Assembly: GCA_963789265.1 (NCBI GenBank)
Contig: CAWBKB010000003.1
Span: 480,001-544,000 of the forward strand
DNA: 64,000 nt
Direction: 5' to 3'
Source: an uncultured delta proteobacterium
GTDB lineage: Bacteria > Desulfobacterota > Desulfomonilia > Desulfomonilales > Desulfomonilaceae
Position 1 is the first letter of the stretch. Every line of letters starts with the position of its first letter. The position numbers and the translations under genes are program-made. Positions 21,395 through 31,771 of this stretch are shown here, one piece after another. Under the pieces are notes generated by a model. That model was not told where the DNA came from, did no database searches, and saw nothing but the letters and a program-made list of their open reading frames with translations.

Positions 21395-21970
21395 ATGGCG
21401 GACTTAAAGGGATCCCAAACAGAAAAAAACCTACTTACGGCTTTCGCCGGTGAATCTCAGGCGAGGAATCGGTACACCTATTTCGCATCTAGGGCAAGAT
21501 CGGAAGGTTTGATTCAGATCGCTCAAATTTTTGAGGAGACGGCCGGCCAGGAGAAGGAACATGCTAAGAGGTTCTTTCAGCAACTCAAGGGAGGAGAAGT
21601 GCTTGTCCAAGTGGCGTTCCCCGCGGGAATCATAGGAAAAACCGCTGAGAATCTACAGGCGGCCGCGGAAGGGGAACATTACGAATGGTCCGAGATGTAT
21701 CCGGAATTTGCACGAATCGCCAGACAAGAAGGCTTCGAGGACGCTGCGAAAATATGGGATGCCGTTAGCGTGGCGGAACAACAGCATGAAAATAGATATC
21801 TTGGCCTGCTTGCCAATGTCGCCACTGGCAAAGTCTTCGAGAAGGATAAGCCGGTAGTATGGCGTTGCCTGAACTGCGGTTACACCCACGAGGGCGAGTA
21901 TGCTCCGAAAGTATGTCCGGCCTGCGCGCATCCTCAAGCATACTATGAAGTACTGGGTGCGAACTGGTAG
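21395..21970 (+). CDS. rbr: Rubrerythrin
   Basis: AFAGESQARNRY, EKEH, EQQH, CLNCGY...CPACAHP. Confidence 0.96.
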   Translation: MADLKGSQTEKNLLTAFAGESQARNRYTYFASRARSEGLIQIAQIFEETAGQEKEHAKRFFQQLKGGEVLVQVAFPAGIIGKTAENLQAAAEGEHYEWSEMYPEFARIARQEGFEDAAKIWDAVSVAEQQHENRYLGLLANVATGKVFEKDKPVVWRCLNCGYTHEGEYAPKVCPACAHPQAYYEVLGANW

Positions 21971-22052
21971 CTTTCGAGCTGCCTAAGCCGTGAAGCCGGG
22001 GCCTTGGCCCCACTGAATTAAATTCGGTCAAAATTTAAGGAGGTTTTTCTAA

Positions 22053-22424
22053 ATGACCGCTCTACTACAGATATTTAAGTGCGAAGTTTGCGGCAACATC
22101 GTCGAGATGGTCCATGAGGGGGTTGGAGAGTTGGTTTGTTGCGGCCAGCCGATGAAGCTTTTCGTCGAAAACACAGTGGATGCTGCCAAAGAGAAGCATG
22201 TCCCCGTGAAAGAAGTCTCCGCAGCCGGGCTCGCTGTCAAAGTCGGGAGCATTCCTCACCCAATGGAGGAGAAGCACTACATAGAGTGGGTTGAAATAGT
22301 GGCTGACGGCAAAGCCTATCGTCAATTTCTCAAACCTGGTCAAGCTCCCGAGGCTTTTTTCCCGGTGCAGGGACAATGGACTGCCCGGGAATATTGCAAT
22401 ATTCACGGCCTCTGGAAGGACTGA
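22053..22424 (+). CDS. dfx: Desulfoferrodoxin (superoxide reductase)
   Basis: CEVCGN...[30 protein letters not shown]. Confidence 0.96.
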   Translation: MTALLQIFKCEVCGNIVEMVHEGVGELVCCGQPMKLFVENTVDAAKEKHVPVKEVSAAGLAVKVGSIPHPMEEKHYIEWVEIVADGKAYRQFLKPGQAPEAFFPVQGQWTAREYCNIHGLWKD

Positions 22425-22511
22425 CATTGGAAAAAAGGCTGATTGGCCGGTGGAGAGGGCACAAGCGCCAATTTAAGGCAATTTTGCTGCTTTTTAATGG
22501 GCTATGTGTCA

Positions 22512-22549
22512 TCAAAGTCCCCCTTTTCTAAAGGGGCGAACCCCGCGTT
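22512..22549 (+). repeat. Dispersed palindromic repeat (TCAAAGTCCCCCTTTTCTAAAGGGG)
   Basis: Identical 25-mer recurs at about 43069. Confidence 0.7.
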
Positions 22550-22742
22550 CAGCAAGTAAGTTAGCGCTTATCAACGGATAACCGGAACGAGCGCGGCACG
22601 CATTGACAAACCGGATCCATGTTCCTGAAATGCTGCCGGCCATCTCGCTGAATTGGGGACGACCTTTCGTTTCGAACGCGTGACCTGTGGAACCGGTGGT
22701 ACGGCCTCTCACCGGCCTGTGGACGCCATCGCGGAGCGGAGA

Positions 22743-23342
22743 ATGAAGCTCTTAAACTACTCAATGGCCCTCGCGGCGAGTCTTGTCTTTGTGATTCCCG
22801 GTCTTGCTGCTGCACCGGATTCGATTACCCTGGATGCTGGAGCTCTGGCAGAGATCCGACTTGCCATACCCAAGACCGCTGCTGCAAAAAAGTATCTCGG
22901 TCTCGCCGGCGCGGCCACGTTCACAATACCTCAGATCAAGGCCGACACGGTCATAATCGAGATTTTCAATATGTACTGCCCGGTATGCCAAGCCGAAGCT
23001 CCATCTGTTAATGCACTCTATCGGTTGATTGAAAGAACCCCTCGGCTGAAGAGTAAGGTCAAACTCATAGGCATTGGCGTAGGCAATTCTCCTTTCGAGG
23101 TCGAGGTGTTCAGGAAGAAATACAACGTATCGTTCCCTCTTTTGCCGGACCGGAAGATTGCCATCGGTAAGGCAATCTCCGGACCGATCAAAACCCCGAC
23201 ATTTATTGCGGTCAGACCCGACGGCAGGAAAAGTCTTCACGTGTATGTCACCCATGTTGGCAAGATCGGGCCCAAGCAATTACTTAGCACGGTAATGGCG
23301 GCACAGAGTCGGAGACAGCGAGGAAACCTTCATGGTCGCTAA
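22743..23342 (+). CDS. Exported TlpA/thioredoxin-like protein
   Basis: Signal peptide, FNMYCPVCQAE, TPTF. Confidence 0.85.
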   Translation: MKLLNYSMALAASLVFVIPGLAAAPDSITLDAGALAEIRLAIPKTAAAKKYLGLAGAATFTIPQIKADTVIIEIFNMYCPVCQAEAPSVNALYRLIERTPRLKSKVKLIGIGVGNSPFEVEVFRKKYNVSFPLLPDRKIAIGKAISGPIKTPTFIAVRPDGRKSLHVYVTHVGKIGPKQLLSTVMAAQSRRQRGNLHGR

Positions 23343-23941
23343 TAGGAAACAATGCTTGATATTGGCCTTGATTGGTGCACTTGCTCTGTTGGGTTGTTAC
23401 TCCGAGGTGTGTGCCGAGCCGGTTGGATTTGGTGCCGAGATCTATAATCCCGGGCATTTGAAACCCACTGACAGCAATGTCACGTTAAAGGTCGGCGATC
23501 AAGCGCCGGATTTCGTGCTACCGTCCATTTCAGGGAATAAGATCACTCTCCGCGAATACCCGCGGCAAGAAGAACGTGGTCCTGTCTTTTGTTCCGGCAG
23601 CTTGGACGCCTGTTTGTTCGCATCAGTGGCCGGGTTACAACATTGCAAAAGACATCTTCGACAAAAATGATGCTGAACTGATAGGAATTAGCGTGGATAA
23701 TATCCCTACGCTATATGTATGGACCAAACAAATGGGGAAACTATGGTTTCCGGTGGTTTCCGACTTCTGGCCGCACGGGGCCGTGGCCAAGAGCTACGGT
23801 GTGCTAAGGAGCAGCGGCACTTCGGAAAGGGCCCTTTTCGTCATCGACAAGCAGGGCCGCATTAGATACATTGATGTACATGACATTAATACAATGCCGA
23901 AGCTTGAAGATCTGGACAACTCATTGGAAAAGCTTAAATAG
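23332..23941 (+). CDS. Exported peroxiredoxin (AhpE-like; frameshift near 23560)
   Basis: Signal peptide, LKVGDQAPDF; removing one C gives EYRGKKNVVLSFVPAAWTPVCS (PxxxTxxC), SDFWPHG, ERALFVIDK. Confidence 0.88.
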
Positions 23942-23980
23942 TTATGTTTTCTGATCCCATAGAGCGGAGGGGAGGGACTA

Positions 23981-25507
23981 ATGAGAACACCCAGATATTT
24001 CCGATTGCCTTGTCTGATTTTTCTCGCTCTGTTGGGCGCCGCTCTCCTGTTGGGCGCCGCGAAAGTGCAGAAGGCCCCTGTAAGCGATGAAACCCAGAAC
24101 TGTATTGATTGTCACTCCTCCGAGACACCGGCCATGATTGCGGATTGGAAAAGAAGTCGCCATGCGCAGATCACGCCGGCTGATGCTCTAAAGAAGCCTG
24201 AGGACCAGAGGCTTGTTTCCGCGAAGAAAATCCCCGAGAAACTCGCCGGGGTTACAGTCGGTTGTGCCGAATGTCACATGCTCAACCCCGAAGCGCACAA
24301 AGACACCTTTGAACACAACGGCCAAAAGGTGCACCTTACTGTTACCCCTAAAGACTGCTCCACCTGCCACCCGATCGAAGTCTCTCAATTCAAGAGAAAC
24401 CTGATGTCACACACGCGCGTGAACCTTGTAGATAATCCGGTCTTCCAGACACTAGAAAAAACAATTGACGGCACCCAGTCGTTGCAAGGCATGAAATCCA
24501 CCATCGCTGCTCCTAACGAAACAACGACCTCCGGCTCTTGTTACTGGTGTCACGGAACCGCTCTGGAAGTCAAAGGCAAACAAACCAGAGATACGGACCA
24601 GGGAAAAATGGAATTCCCGGTGCTATCAGGGTGGCCCAATGACGGAGTGGGGCGGTTTAATCCGGATGGCAGCAAAGGGTCTTGTTCCGCGTGCCATCCC
24701 CGGCACCAATTTTCGATTACCGTAGCCCGCAAGCCGTACATCTGCTCCCAGTGCCATAAGGGCCCCGACGTCCCGGCTGACCAGGTTTATGAGGTCAGTA
24801 AGCACCACGGTGTGTTCGCGGGGCTCTGGGCGGAATGGAATTTTAAACACGTCCCCTGGACGGTCGGCAAGGATTTTGCCGCCCCGACCTGCGCCACGTG
24901 CCATGTCAGCCGGGTGGTGACCGCCGAGGGGGATCTCGTGGCCAAAAGGACCCACCAGATGAACGACCGACTTCCGTGGAGACTCTTTGGCTTGTATTAC
25001 GCTCATCCTCACCCGAAATCTCCTAACACTTCAATAATAAGGAATAAGGACGGCTTGCCGTTGCCGACCAGTCTGGACGGAGAGCCTGCCAAAGATTTTC
25101 TGATTAGCCGTGAGGAGCAGACCAAGCGGCGGAAGACACTTCAGAAAGTTTGCCGATCATGCCATACCCCGGACTGGGTTGCCGGCCACTGGGCGCATTT
25201 GGAAAATGCCATAAAAACTAGTAATAAGATGACGTTGACCGCGACACAGGTACTGCAAAAGGCATGGGATGACAAAGTAGCTGACAAGAGTAATATGTTT
25301 GATGAGGCCATAGAGAAAATGTGGGTTCAGCAATGGCTCTTCTACGCCAACTCGACCCGTTTTGCCTCTGCTATGATGGGGGCAGACTACGGGGTATTTG
25401 CCAACGGCCGATGGCACATGACCAAGAATATCCAGGACATGCTGGACCGCCTGAAGTTCCTGCTTGGAACAAAAGGCAAAGGGCTTTCAGCCCCGTCCAA
25501 ACGATGA
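23981..25507 (+). CDS. Octaheme cytochrome c, hydroxylamine oxidoreductase (Hao) family
   Basis: Signal peptide and eight CxxCH motifs (CIDCH, CAECH, CSTCH, CYWCH, CSACH, CSQCH, CATCH, CRSCH); NPDGSKGSC, APTCATCH. Confidence 0.9.
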   Translation: MRTPRYFRLPCLIFLALLGAALLLGAAKVQKAPVSDETQNCIDCHSSETPAMIADWKRSRHAQITPADALKKPEDQRLVSAKKIPEKLAGVTVGCAECHMLNPEAHKDTFEHNGQKVHLTVTPKDCSTCHPIEVSQFKRNLMSHTRVNLVDNPVFQTLEKTIDGTQSLQGMKSTIAAPNETTTSGSCYWCHGTALEVKGKQTRDTDQGKMEFPVLSGWPNDGVGRFNPDGSKGSCSACHPRHQFSITVARKPYICSQCHKGPDVPADQVYEVSKHHGVFAGLWAEWNFKHVPWTVGKDFAAPTCATCHVSRVVTAEGDLVAKRTHQMNDRLPWRLFGLYYAHPHPKSPNTSIIRNKDGLPLPTSLDGEPAKDFLISREEQTKRRKTLQKVCRSCHTPDWVAGHWAHLENAIKTSNKMTLTATQVLQKAWDDKVADKSNMFDEAIEKMWVQQWLFYANSTRFASAMMGADYGVFANGRWHMTKNIQDMLDRLKFLLGTKGKGLSAPSKR

Positions 25508-25536
25508 TAGGCGCTTGAAAAGGATAAAGAGAACTT

Positions 25537-25707
25537 ATGGAAAAGAATACGTGGAAGTGTCAGAAGTGTGGCTATACGTTTGAGGTTGAGACGGAAGCGG
25601 CGCCGCCTGAAACTTGCCCCGATTGCAAGGAAAAGTGTGAGTTCCTTAACGTCACCTGCTACATTCCGGATTGCGGCAAGACCGGACAGGACACCCGCCT
25701 GGGATGA
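25537..25707 (+). CDS. Small rubredoxin-like protein (56 aa, not in ORF track)
   Basis: MEKNTWKCQKCGYTFEVETEAAPPETCPDCKEKCEFLNVTCYIPDCGKTGQDTRLG. Confidence 0.85.
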   Translation: MEKNTWKCQKCGYTFEVETEAAPPETCPDCKEKCEFLNVTCYIPDCGKTGQDTRLG

Positions 25708-25712
25708 GTGGA

Positions 25713-26312
25713 ATGAAAGTTCTGGGGATTTACGGCAGCCCTCGCAAAGGGGGAAACACCGACATCTTGTTGGACAAGGTTCTCGACGGTGCTCGATCCG
25801 CAGGAGCCGAAGTCTCGGTCATACGCTGCTGCGACTTGAACATGGCCGGCTGTGTGGAGTGCGGAGGCTGCAACGACACGGGTGAGTGCGTGGTTGACGA
25901 TGATATGCAGCTTGTCTATCCGCGCCTTTTGGAGGCAAGAATCATATTCCTGGCCTCTCCTATGTTTTTCTACGGCATCACCTCTCAGGCAAAGGCCGTA
26001 ATCGATCGTTGCCAGGCAATGTGGTGCCGAAGGATGCTGGATAAGACTCCGGCGGAGAGAAAGACCTACGATGGAGGCCAAGGATATCTTATCTCGGTAG
26101 GCGCTACAAGAGGGACAAATCTTTTCGAGGGTGCCCAACTCGTGGCCAAATACTTCTTTGATGCACTGGACATGGGCTATGACGGCGGCATATTCATGAA
26201 GTCGGTGGATCGCAAAGGGGAGATAGTCAAACATCCCGAGGCACTCGAGCAGGCCCTGGAGCTGGGCCGAGACGCGGTTGCGAAATGCCGTAGCCTAGCG
26301 GGCCGAGGATGA
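25713..26312 (+). CDS. Iron-sulfur flavoprotein / NADPH-dependent FMN reductase family
   Basis: GSPRKGGNT, CVECGGCNDTGEC, DDMQ, ASPMFF. Confidence 0.9.
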   Translation: MKVLGIYGSPRKGGNTDILLDKVLDGARSAGAEVSVIRCCDLNMAGCVECGGCNDTGECVVDDDMQLVYPRLLEARIIFLASPMFFYGITSQAKAVIDRCQAMWCRRMLDKTPAERKTYDGGQGYLISVGATRGTNLFEGAQLVAKYFFDALDMGYDGGIFMKSVDRKGEIVKHPEALEQALELGRDAVAKCRSLAGRG

Positions 26313-26461
26313 AGCTTTCGCAAAGGATCATCCTCGGCGCATAGAGCGTGCCTTTGGCTGAGCGGGCTCGGAATCAGGGAGGTAATGGTTGCCTTCTTGC
26401 GAGATTAGAAAATGACGATCAATATTCGATGAAACGACACCTATGGAGGGTAACGTCAACA

Positions 26462-26917
26462 ATGCCAAAAGTCCTCATCGCCTACGCCAGCCGGACCGGT
26501 CAAACAAAAAACATTGCCGAACTTATAGCTGAAGGCGTCAGGTTCACCGGAGTGGAGGCCAAAGTCTTCGACGCCAACGCCTTGGACGCCAAATTCCTGA
26601 TCCATCCGGAAGACTTCGCCGATTACGATGCGTATATATTCGGTTCGCCCACCTATCACGGTGAAATGATGCAGGCTATGAAGACTCTTCTTTTTTTGGC
26701 TGCCCAGATAAATGTGGAGGGGAAAACCGGTGGATCGTTCGGCGCTTACGGTTGGAGCGGTGAAGCCGCGGATCGAATTTACGATACCATGCAGAATGTG
26801 TTTAGAATGGACATGGTGGGCTCGCCGCTGAAGTTGAAATCAGCGTCATTGCAAGGAGCGTTACAGATGGCCCAGGACTACGGCCGAGCCGTCGGAAGGA
26901 AGGTCGGCGGCAAATGA
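26462..26917 (+). CDS. Flavodoxin
   Basis: YASRTGQT, FGSPTYHG, FGAYGWSGEA; GGAGG RBS. Confidence 0.9.
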   Translation: MPKVLIAYASRTGQTKNIAELIAEGVRFTGVEAKVFDANALDAKFLIHPEDFADYDAYIFGSPTYHGEMMQAMKTLLFLAAQINVEGKTGGSFGAYGWSGEAADRIYDTMQNVFRMDMVGSPLKLKSASLQGALQMAQDYGRAVGRKVGGK

Positions 26918-27067
26918 GCACCCGAAAAAGCACCATTTCTATGGGCACGATCTTATCTGCGATTGATGAGCGGCGCGGCTCGCAACGCGGATGAGGAAGT
27001 TGTGTGGAACTGCTAATGACTTGGGCCTCGTTTAGAGGTCAATGCATAACTATAATCGGAGGAAGAA

Positions 27068-27226
27068 ATGCAGAAGTATGTGTGTCAAGTTTGCGGTTAT
27101 GTCTATGACCCGGCTGTCGGAGATCCGGATAACGGCGTGAGTCCCAACACTGCGTTTGACGATTTGCCCGCTGATTGGGTTTGCCCGGTGTGCGGAGCTG
27201 ATAAGGAGAGTTTTTCGCCCGAATAA
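27068..27226 (+). CDS. rub: Rubredoxin (52 aa, not in ORF track)
   Basis: [52 protein letters not shown]. Confidence 0.96.
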   Translation: MQKYVCQVCGYVYDPAVGDPDNGVSPNTAFDDLPADWVCPVCGADKESFSPE

Positions 27227-27375
27227 ACAGCGTTCACGTTACCGGTTGTGACAATTCAAGCTTCAACTATTCCAGTGAGGGCTTGCTATTGCAACGGCTA
27301 ATTGTGTTGTTGGTCGCTAACAGATAGAGTGTGAAGCTATTCCATTCATACTTGAAATTTCTACGGAGGATAAGA

Positions 27376-28566
27376 TTGCGAATCAACGTTGAAATAAAGA
27401 AAGATATTCATTGGGTCGGCGCGGTAGACTGGAACATTCGGGATTTTCACGGATATTCAACCGAAAAAGGGACCACTTACAACGCGTATCTTGTCATTGA
27501 TAACAAAGTAACGCTCTTTGACACGGTTAAGAAACCTTTCAAGAACGATCTGCTTCATTGCATTTACAAGGTGATTGAACCGTCCAAGATCGACTACCTG
27601 GTGGTAAACCACGTTGAACCCGATCATTCCGGCTCTCTTGCTGAAATGATGGAGGTGATTAAGCCTGAGAAACTGTTCTGTTCTCCGAGAGGTAAAAAGG
27701 CCCTGCTTGAACACTATCATCGGGAGGACTGGCCCTACGAAGTAATAGGATCGGGGCAGGAGACAAGTCTTGGAAAACGGACAGTCCAATTTGTTGAGAC
27801 AAGGATGGTTCATTGGCCGGACAGCATGTTTTCTTATATCAAGGAAGATGCGCTGCTCATTTCAAACGATGCGTTCGGGCAACACTGGGCGACCAGCGAG
27901 CGCTTCAACGATGAAGTGGATTCCGCCGAACTCATGAAGCACGCAGCCAAGGACTATGCCAATATACTTTTGCCATATTCGGCCCTCATTCAGAAATTGA
28001 TCGACAACGTCCGGAAAATGGACCTGAAAATTGACATGATAGCACCGGACCACGGTCTGATCTGGCGTCACAATCCTTTGCAGATCGTGGCCTCCTATGC
28101 TGAATGGAGCCGTCAGGCCCCAAGGCGAAAGGCTATCGTTGTTTACGACACCATGTGGCACAGCACTGAAACCATGGCAAAAGCCGTTGCCGACGGACTG
28201 GTGCAGGGCGGAGTTTCTACTAAGCTACTGCATTTAGGAGTGAATCATCGAAGCAATGTCATAACGGAATTGCTCGACGCGGGAGCAGTGATCCTCGGCT
28301 CGTCTACGCTTAACAACGGCATGCTGCCCAGGATGGCCGACATGCTCTGCTATATGAAGGGGTTGCGACCACTAAACAAAATCGGGGCCGCTTTCGGCTC
28401 TTATGGCTGGAGTGGCGAGGCGGTCAGATTAATGACCAAGGCACTGGAGGAGATGAAGATCAAGATTGTTCATCCGGGAGTTAACCTCCGATATGTTCCC
28501 GTGCATGACGGTCTACGGCAATGCGTGGACATGGGGCGTGATATAGCCAAGGCGTTGACGGCGTGA
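27376..28566 (+). CDS. fprA: Flavodiiron protein (rubredoxin:oxygen/NO oxidoreductase)
   Basis: GTTYNAYL, HVEPDHSG, HWPDS, DAFGQH, APDHG and a C-terminal flavodoxin domain; TTG start after GGAGGA. Confidence 0.95.
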   Translation: MRINVEIKKDIHWVGAVDWNIRDFHGYSTEKGTTYNAYLVIDNKVTLFDTVKKPFKNDLLHCIYKVIEPSKIDYLVVNHVEPDHSGSLAEMMEVIKPEKLFCSPRGKKALLEHYHREDWPYEVIGSGQETSLGKRTVQFVETRMVHWPDSMFSYIKEDALLISNDAFGQHWATSERFNDEVDSAELMKHAAKDYANILLPYSALIQKLIDNVRKMDLKIDMIAPDHGLIWRHNPLQIVASYAEWSRQAPRRKAIVVYDTMWHSTETMAKAVADGLVQGGVSTKLLHLGVNHRSNVITELLDAGAVILGSSTLNNGMLPRMADMLCYMKGLRPLNKIGAAFGSYGWSGEAVRLMTKALEEMKIKIVHPGVNLRYVPVHDGLRQCVDMGRDIAKALTA

Positions 28567-29279
28567 TGTCTATGGGAGGCCGCTGCCTGAAGCAAACCGT
28601 TCTCAAGTTGCTTGAGACGGATGATTTTGATGCGAGCCTCCATGACATCTGTGAATTCCCCGCACGCCAAGTGATCAATCCGCTGTTTTCTTTCCTCTCG
28701 CATAAAGACGAGAAGCTTCGATGGCGGGCGATTGCTGCAATGGGCGTTGTAGTCGAGAATCTTGCCCGACATGACATGGAAGCGGCCCGAGTCATTATGC
28801 GCAGGCTCATGTGGAGCCTCAACGAGGAGTCAGGCGGTATCGGATGGGGCGCCCCCGAGGCTATGGGGGAAATTATGGCCCGGCATGAAGGGCTTGCCCG
28901 CGAGTACTCCCATATACTGATTTCATACATGGATTACGATGGAAATTTCCTGGAATACGAAGGTCTGCAACGCGGTTTGCTCTGGGGTTTGGTGCGATTA
29001 GCCCACGTTAGGCCGCAGATGCTGTCGAAAGCCGATAGTCATCTTGATAAGTATCTGGAATCGGACGACGCGACCATTAAGGCTTTGGCTGCATGGGCCG
29101 CTGGATTACTGAGAGTCGAGAATGCGAGGCCAAAGCTGAGATTGCTGTTGACCGACAATTCCCAACTACGACTTTACATTGACAACAAGTTTTTGACTAT
29201 GGGTGTACGTGATCTGGCCGAAAAAGCTTTGGTCCTGTTAGAAGGAGGCAGCGAATGTCATACCCACTTATGGGGATGA
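28566..29279 (+). CDS. HEAT-repeat protein (DVU0298-like)
   Basis: RRLMWSLNEESGGIGWGAPEAMGEI motif; helical repeats. Confidence 0.8.
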   Translation: MSMGGRCLKQTVLKLLETDDFDASLHDICEFPARQVINPLFSFLSHKDEKLRWRAIAAMGVVVENLARHDMEAARVIMRRLMWSLNEESGGIGWGAPEAMGEIMARHEGLAREYSHILISYMDYDGNFLEYEGLQRGLLWGLVRLAHVRPQMLSKADSHLDKYLESDDATIKALAAWAAGLLRVENARPKLRLLLTDNSQLRLYIDNKFLTMGVRDLAEKALVLLEGGSECHTHLWG

Positions 29280-29296
29280 TCGGCCTCTGAAAGGAG

Positions 29297-30643
29297 ATGT
29301 TCCTTATGGATGTAGTTTTGCTTTCAAGACTACAATTCGCGTGCGCCACCTTGTTTCACTTTCTGTTTGTCCCTTTGACTCTGGGCCTGTCGATCTTGCT
29401 GGCCATTATGGAGACAATATATGTGAAAACAGGCGACGAAGAATACAAACGGATGGTCAAGTTTTGGGGCAGGATCTTTATCATCAATTTTGTAGTAGGA
29501 GTCGTCACCGGCATCACATTGGAATTCCAGTTCGGCACGAACTGGGCGGGCTACTCAAAGTACGTCGGGGATGTCTTCGGGTCTGCTCTCGCGATTGAGG
29601 CCACCGTTGCTTTTGCTCTGGAATCCACCTTCGTTGCGATATGGCTTTTCGGTTGGAACCGGGTATCACTCAAGCTTCATGCAATGTGTATATGGCTTGT
29701 AGCAATCGCAGCGAGCCTCTCCGCTTACTGGATTCTGGTTGCAAACTCGTGGATGCAGCATCCCGTGGGTTACGCCATCCGCGGAGGCAGAGCCGAGCTT
29801 GTTGATTTCTGGGCGGTGATAACTCAAAAATTTGCTGTCCTGACCTATTTGCACGTGACATTCGCGGGTTACACGGTCGCGGGTTTCTTTGTGATGGGGG
29901 TAAGTGCTTACCACATACTGCGTAAGAATGACCTTTCATTCTTCTTCAAGTCCTTCAGGATAGCTCTGGTCTTTTCCCTGGTTTTTTCCATTGGAGAAGT
30001 GTTCGTCGGAGACTCTAACGGTAAGCTTATCGGCAAACTGCAGCTCACAAAGCTCGCGGCGGCAGAATCGCAATGGAACACCGCCAGAGGGGTCCCTTTT
30101 TCTCTCCTGCTGATTCCGGATGAGGCAAATGAGCGAAACCTCGTGGAGGCATTTCAGTTGCCCAAGTTCATGAGTTGGCTTGTTTACGACAATTGGAACG
30201 CAGAGGTCAAAGGGCTAAAGGATTGGCCCAAGAAGGATAGGCCTCCGGTTACGTTAGTATTCTGGGCTTTCAGATTCATGGTGGGGCTCGGCTTTTTGTT
30301 CGTTATTTTGACCCTGATCGGCTTGTTCAAGAGAAACAAGCTGGAAGACAGTACCCGCTATCTGAGAATTATGATGTACGCAATCCCATTACCCTATATT
30401 GCGTCCGAGTTGGGGTGGATAGTAACGGAGGTCGGACGCCAGCCTTGGATAGTCTACGACGTGATGCGGAGATCTGAAGCGGTATCACCGATTGCCGCCA
30501 GCCAGGTTGCGATGTCGCTGGCAGCTTTCATTGTGCTTTACTCTCTGCTTGGGTTTGCGGCTTTTGCTCTTATGGTGAGAATTATTCGCCAGGGGCCTCC
30601 TGCCGGATCTGCGGGAGTGGCAGAGGTCAGGAAAGGAGGCTGA
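29297..30643 (+). CDS. cydA: Cytochrome bd oxidase subunit I
   Basis: LSRLQF...FHFLFVPLT, EFQFGTNW, NSWMQHP, EVGRQPW. Confidence 0.97.
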   Translation: MFLMDVVLLSRLQFACATLFHFLFVPLTLGLSILLAIMETIYVKTGDEEYKRMVKFWGRIFIINFVVGVVTGITLEFQFGTNWAGYSKYVGDVFGSALAIEATVAFALESTFVAIWLFGWNRVSLKLHAMCIWLVAIAASLSAYWILVANSWMQHPVGYAIRGGRAELVDFWAVITQKFAVLTYLHVTFAGYTVAGFFVMGVSAYHILRKNDLSFFFKSFRIALVFSLVFSIGEVFVGDSNGKLIGKLQLTKLAAAESQWNTARGVPFSLLLIPDEANERNLVEAFQLPKFMSWLVYDNWNAEVKGLKDWPKKDRPPVTLVFWAFRFMVGLGFLFVILTLIGLFKRNKLEDSTRYLRIMMYAIPLPYIASELGWIVTEVGRQPWIVYDVMRRSEAVSPIAASQVAMSLAAFIVLYSLLGFAAFALMVRIIRQGPPAGSAGVAEVRKGG

Positions 30644-30650
30644 AGAAACA

Positions 30651-31676
30651 ATGCTGCAAACGATATGGTTTTTGTTATGGGGCCTCCTCTGGGGCATATA
30701 CTTTATGCTGGACGGCTATGATTTTGGTTTGGGAATTTTAAGGCCGTTCATAGCCGCTAACGACAAAGAGAGCCGAATCGTATACAACGCGATGGGTCCG
30801 TTCTGGGACGGCAACGAGATATGGCTGATAATTGCCGGAGGAGTCACATTCGCGGCTTTCCCCACGACCTATGCGGTCATGTTCAGCACACTGTATGCGC
30901 CTCTCCTCCTCATTCTGTTCGGCCTGATCGTTCGGGCGGTCTCATTCGAGTTCAGGGGCAAAATCGACAACCCCGAGTGGCGAAAGCTCTGGGATACATG
31001 CCTGTTCGTCGGAAGCTTTCTGCCTGCTGTTCTTTTCGGCGTAGCCTTTGCAAACATATTTCATGGCATACCATTTGATGACAAAGGGGTATTTCATGGT
31101 ACCATTATTACTCTTTTGAATCCTTACGGTATTTTAGGTGGCATCTTATTTGTCACACTTTTCCTGATGCATGGTACTTTGTGGCTCGCTGTAAAGGCCG
31201 AAGGACCCCTGTATGACAAGGCGGAGGCGCTTGCGCCAAAGCTTTGGGCAGTGCTGCTCATCGTGGCGGTTGTCTTCCTGGTATATACATGGTTTGCAAC
31301 ACCTCTATACAAGAATTATCTGAGTCGGCCGATCCTGCTCGTCGTGCCGTCGGTCGCGATTGCAGCACTATTGCTCACCAGGTTATTCATGGCCAAAAGG
31401 GCGTGGTGGTATGCCTGGTTCGCATCCTGCCTCACGATACTAGGAGACACTTTGTTCGGAATTGTGGGGCTCTATCCGAATCTTTACCCGTCCAGTTTGA
31501 ATCCGACTTTCAGTCTTACGGCTTTCAATTCGTCATCCAGCCCTCTAACGCTGAAAATCATGCTGGTGGTCGCGCTTATATTTGTGCCGATAATCATCCT
31601 TTATCAGGGATGGAGTTACTACCTCTTCAAGGATAAGGTTTCTGAGGAGCACCTTGCATCAGATGAAGCTTACTAA
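30651..31676 (+). CDS. cydB: Cytochrome bd oxidase subunit II
   Basis: LDGYDFGLG, GPFWDGNEIW, FAAFP. Confidence 0.97.
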   Translation: MLQTIWFLLWGLLWGIYFMLDGYDFGLGILRPFIAANDKESRIVYNAMGPFWDGNEIWLIIAGGVTFAAFPTTYAVMFSTLYAPLLLILFGLIVRAVSFEFRGKIDNPEWRKLWDTCLFVGSFLPAVLFGVAFANIFHGIPFDDKGVFHGTIITLLNPYGILGGILFVTLFLMHGTLWLAVKAEGPLYDKAEALAPKLWAVLLIVAVVFLVYTWFATPLYKNYLSRPILLVVPSVAIAALLLTRLFMAKRAWWYAWFASCLTILGDTLFGIVGLYPNLYPSSLNPTFSLTAFNSSSSPLTLKIMLVVALIFVPIIILYQGWSYYLFKDKVSEEHLASDEAY

Positions 31677-31771
31677 ACACGACGGATCAGCGGCCGGTGC
31701 CCGGACGCCAGCTAACATCGTGCCCGGGAATCAGTTGTGGACACCTCTATCCTAACGAAAGGACACCTGTT

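Noticed and set aside
23576..23640. Selenocysteine peroxiredoxin as the cause of the split ORF
   Set aside because: The catalytic codon is TGT; the split is an extra C.
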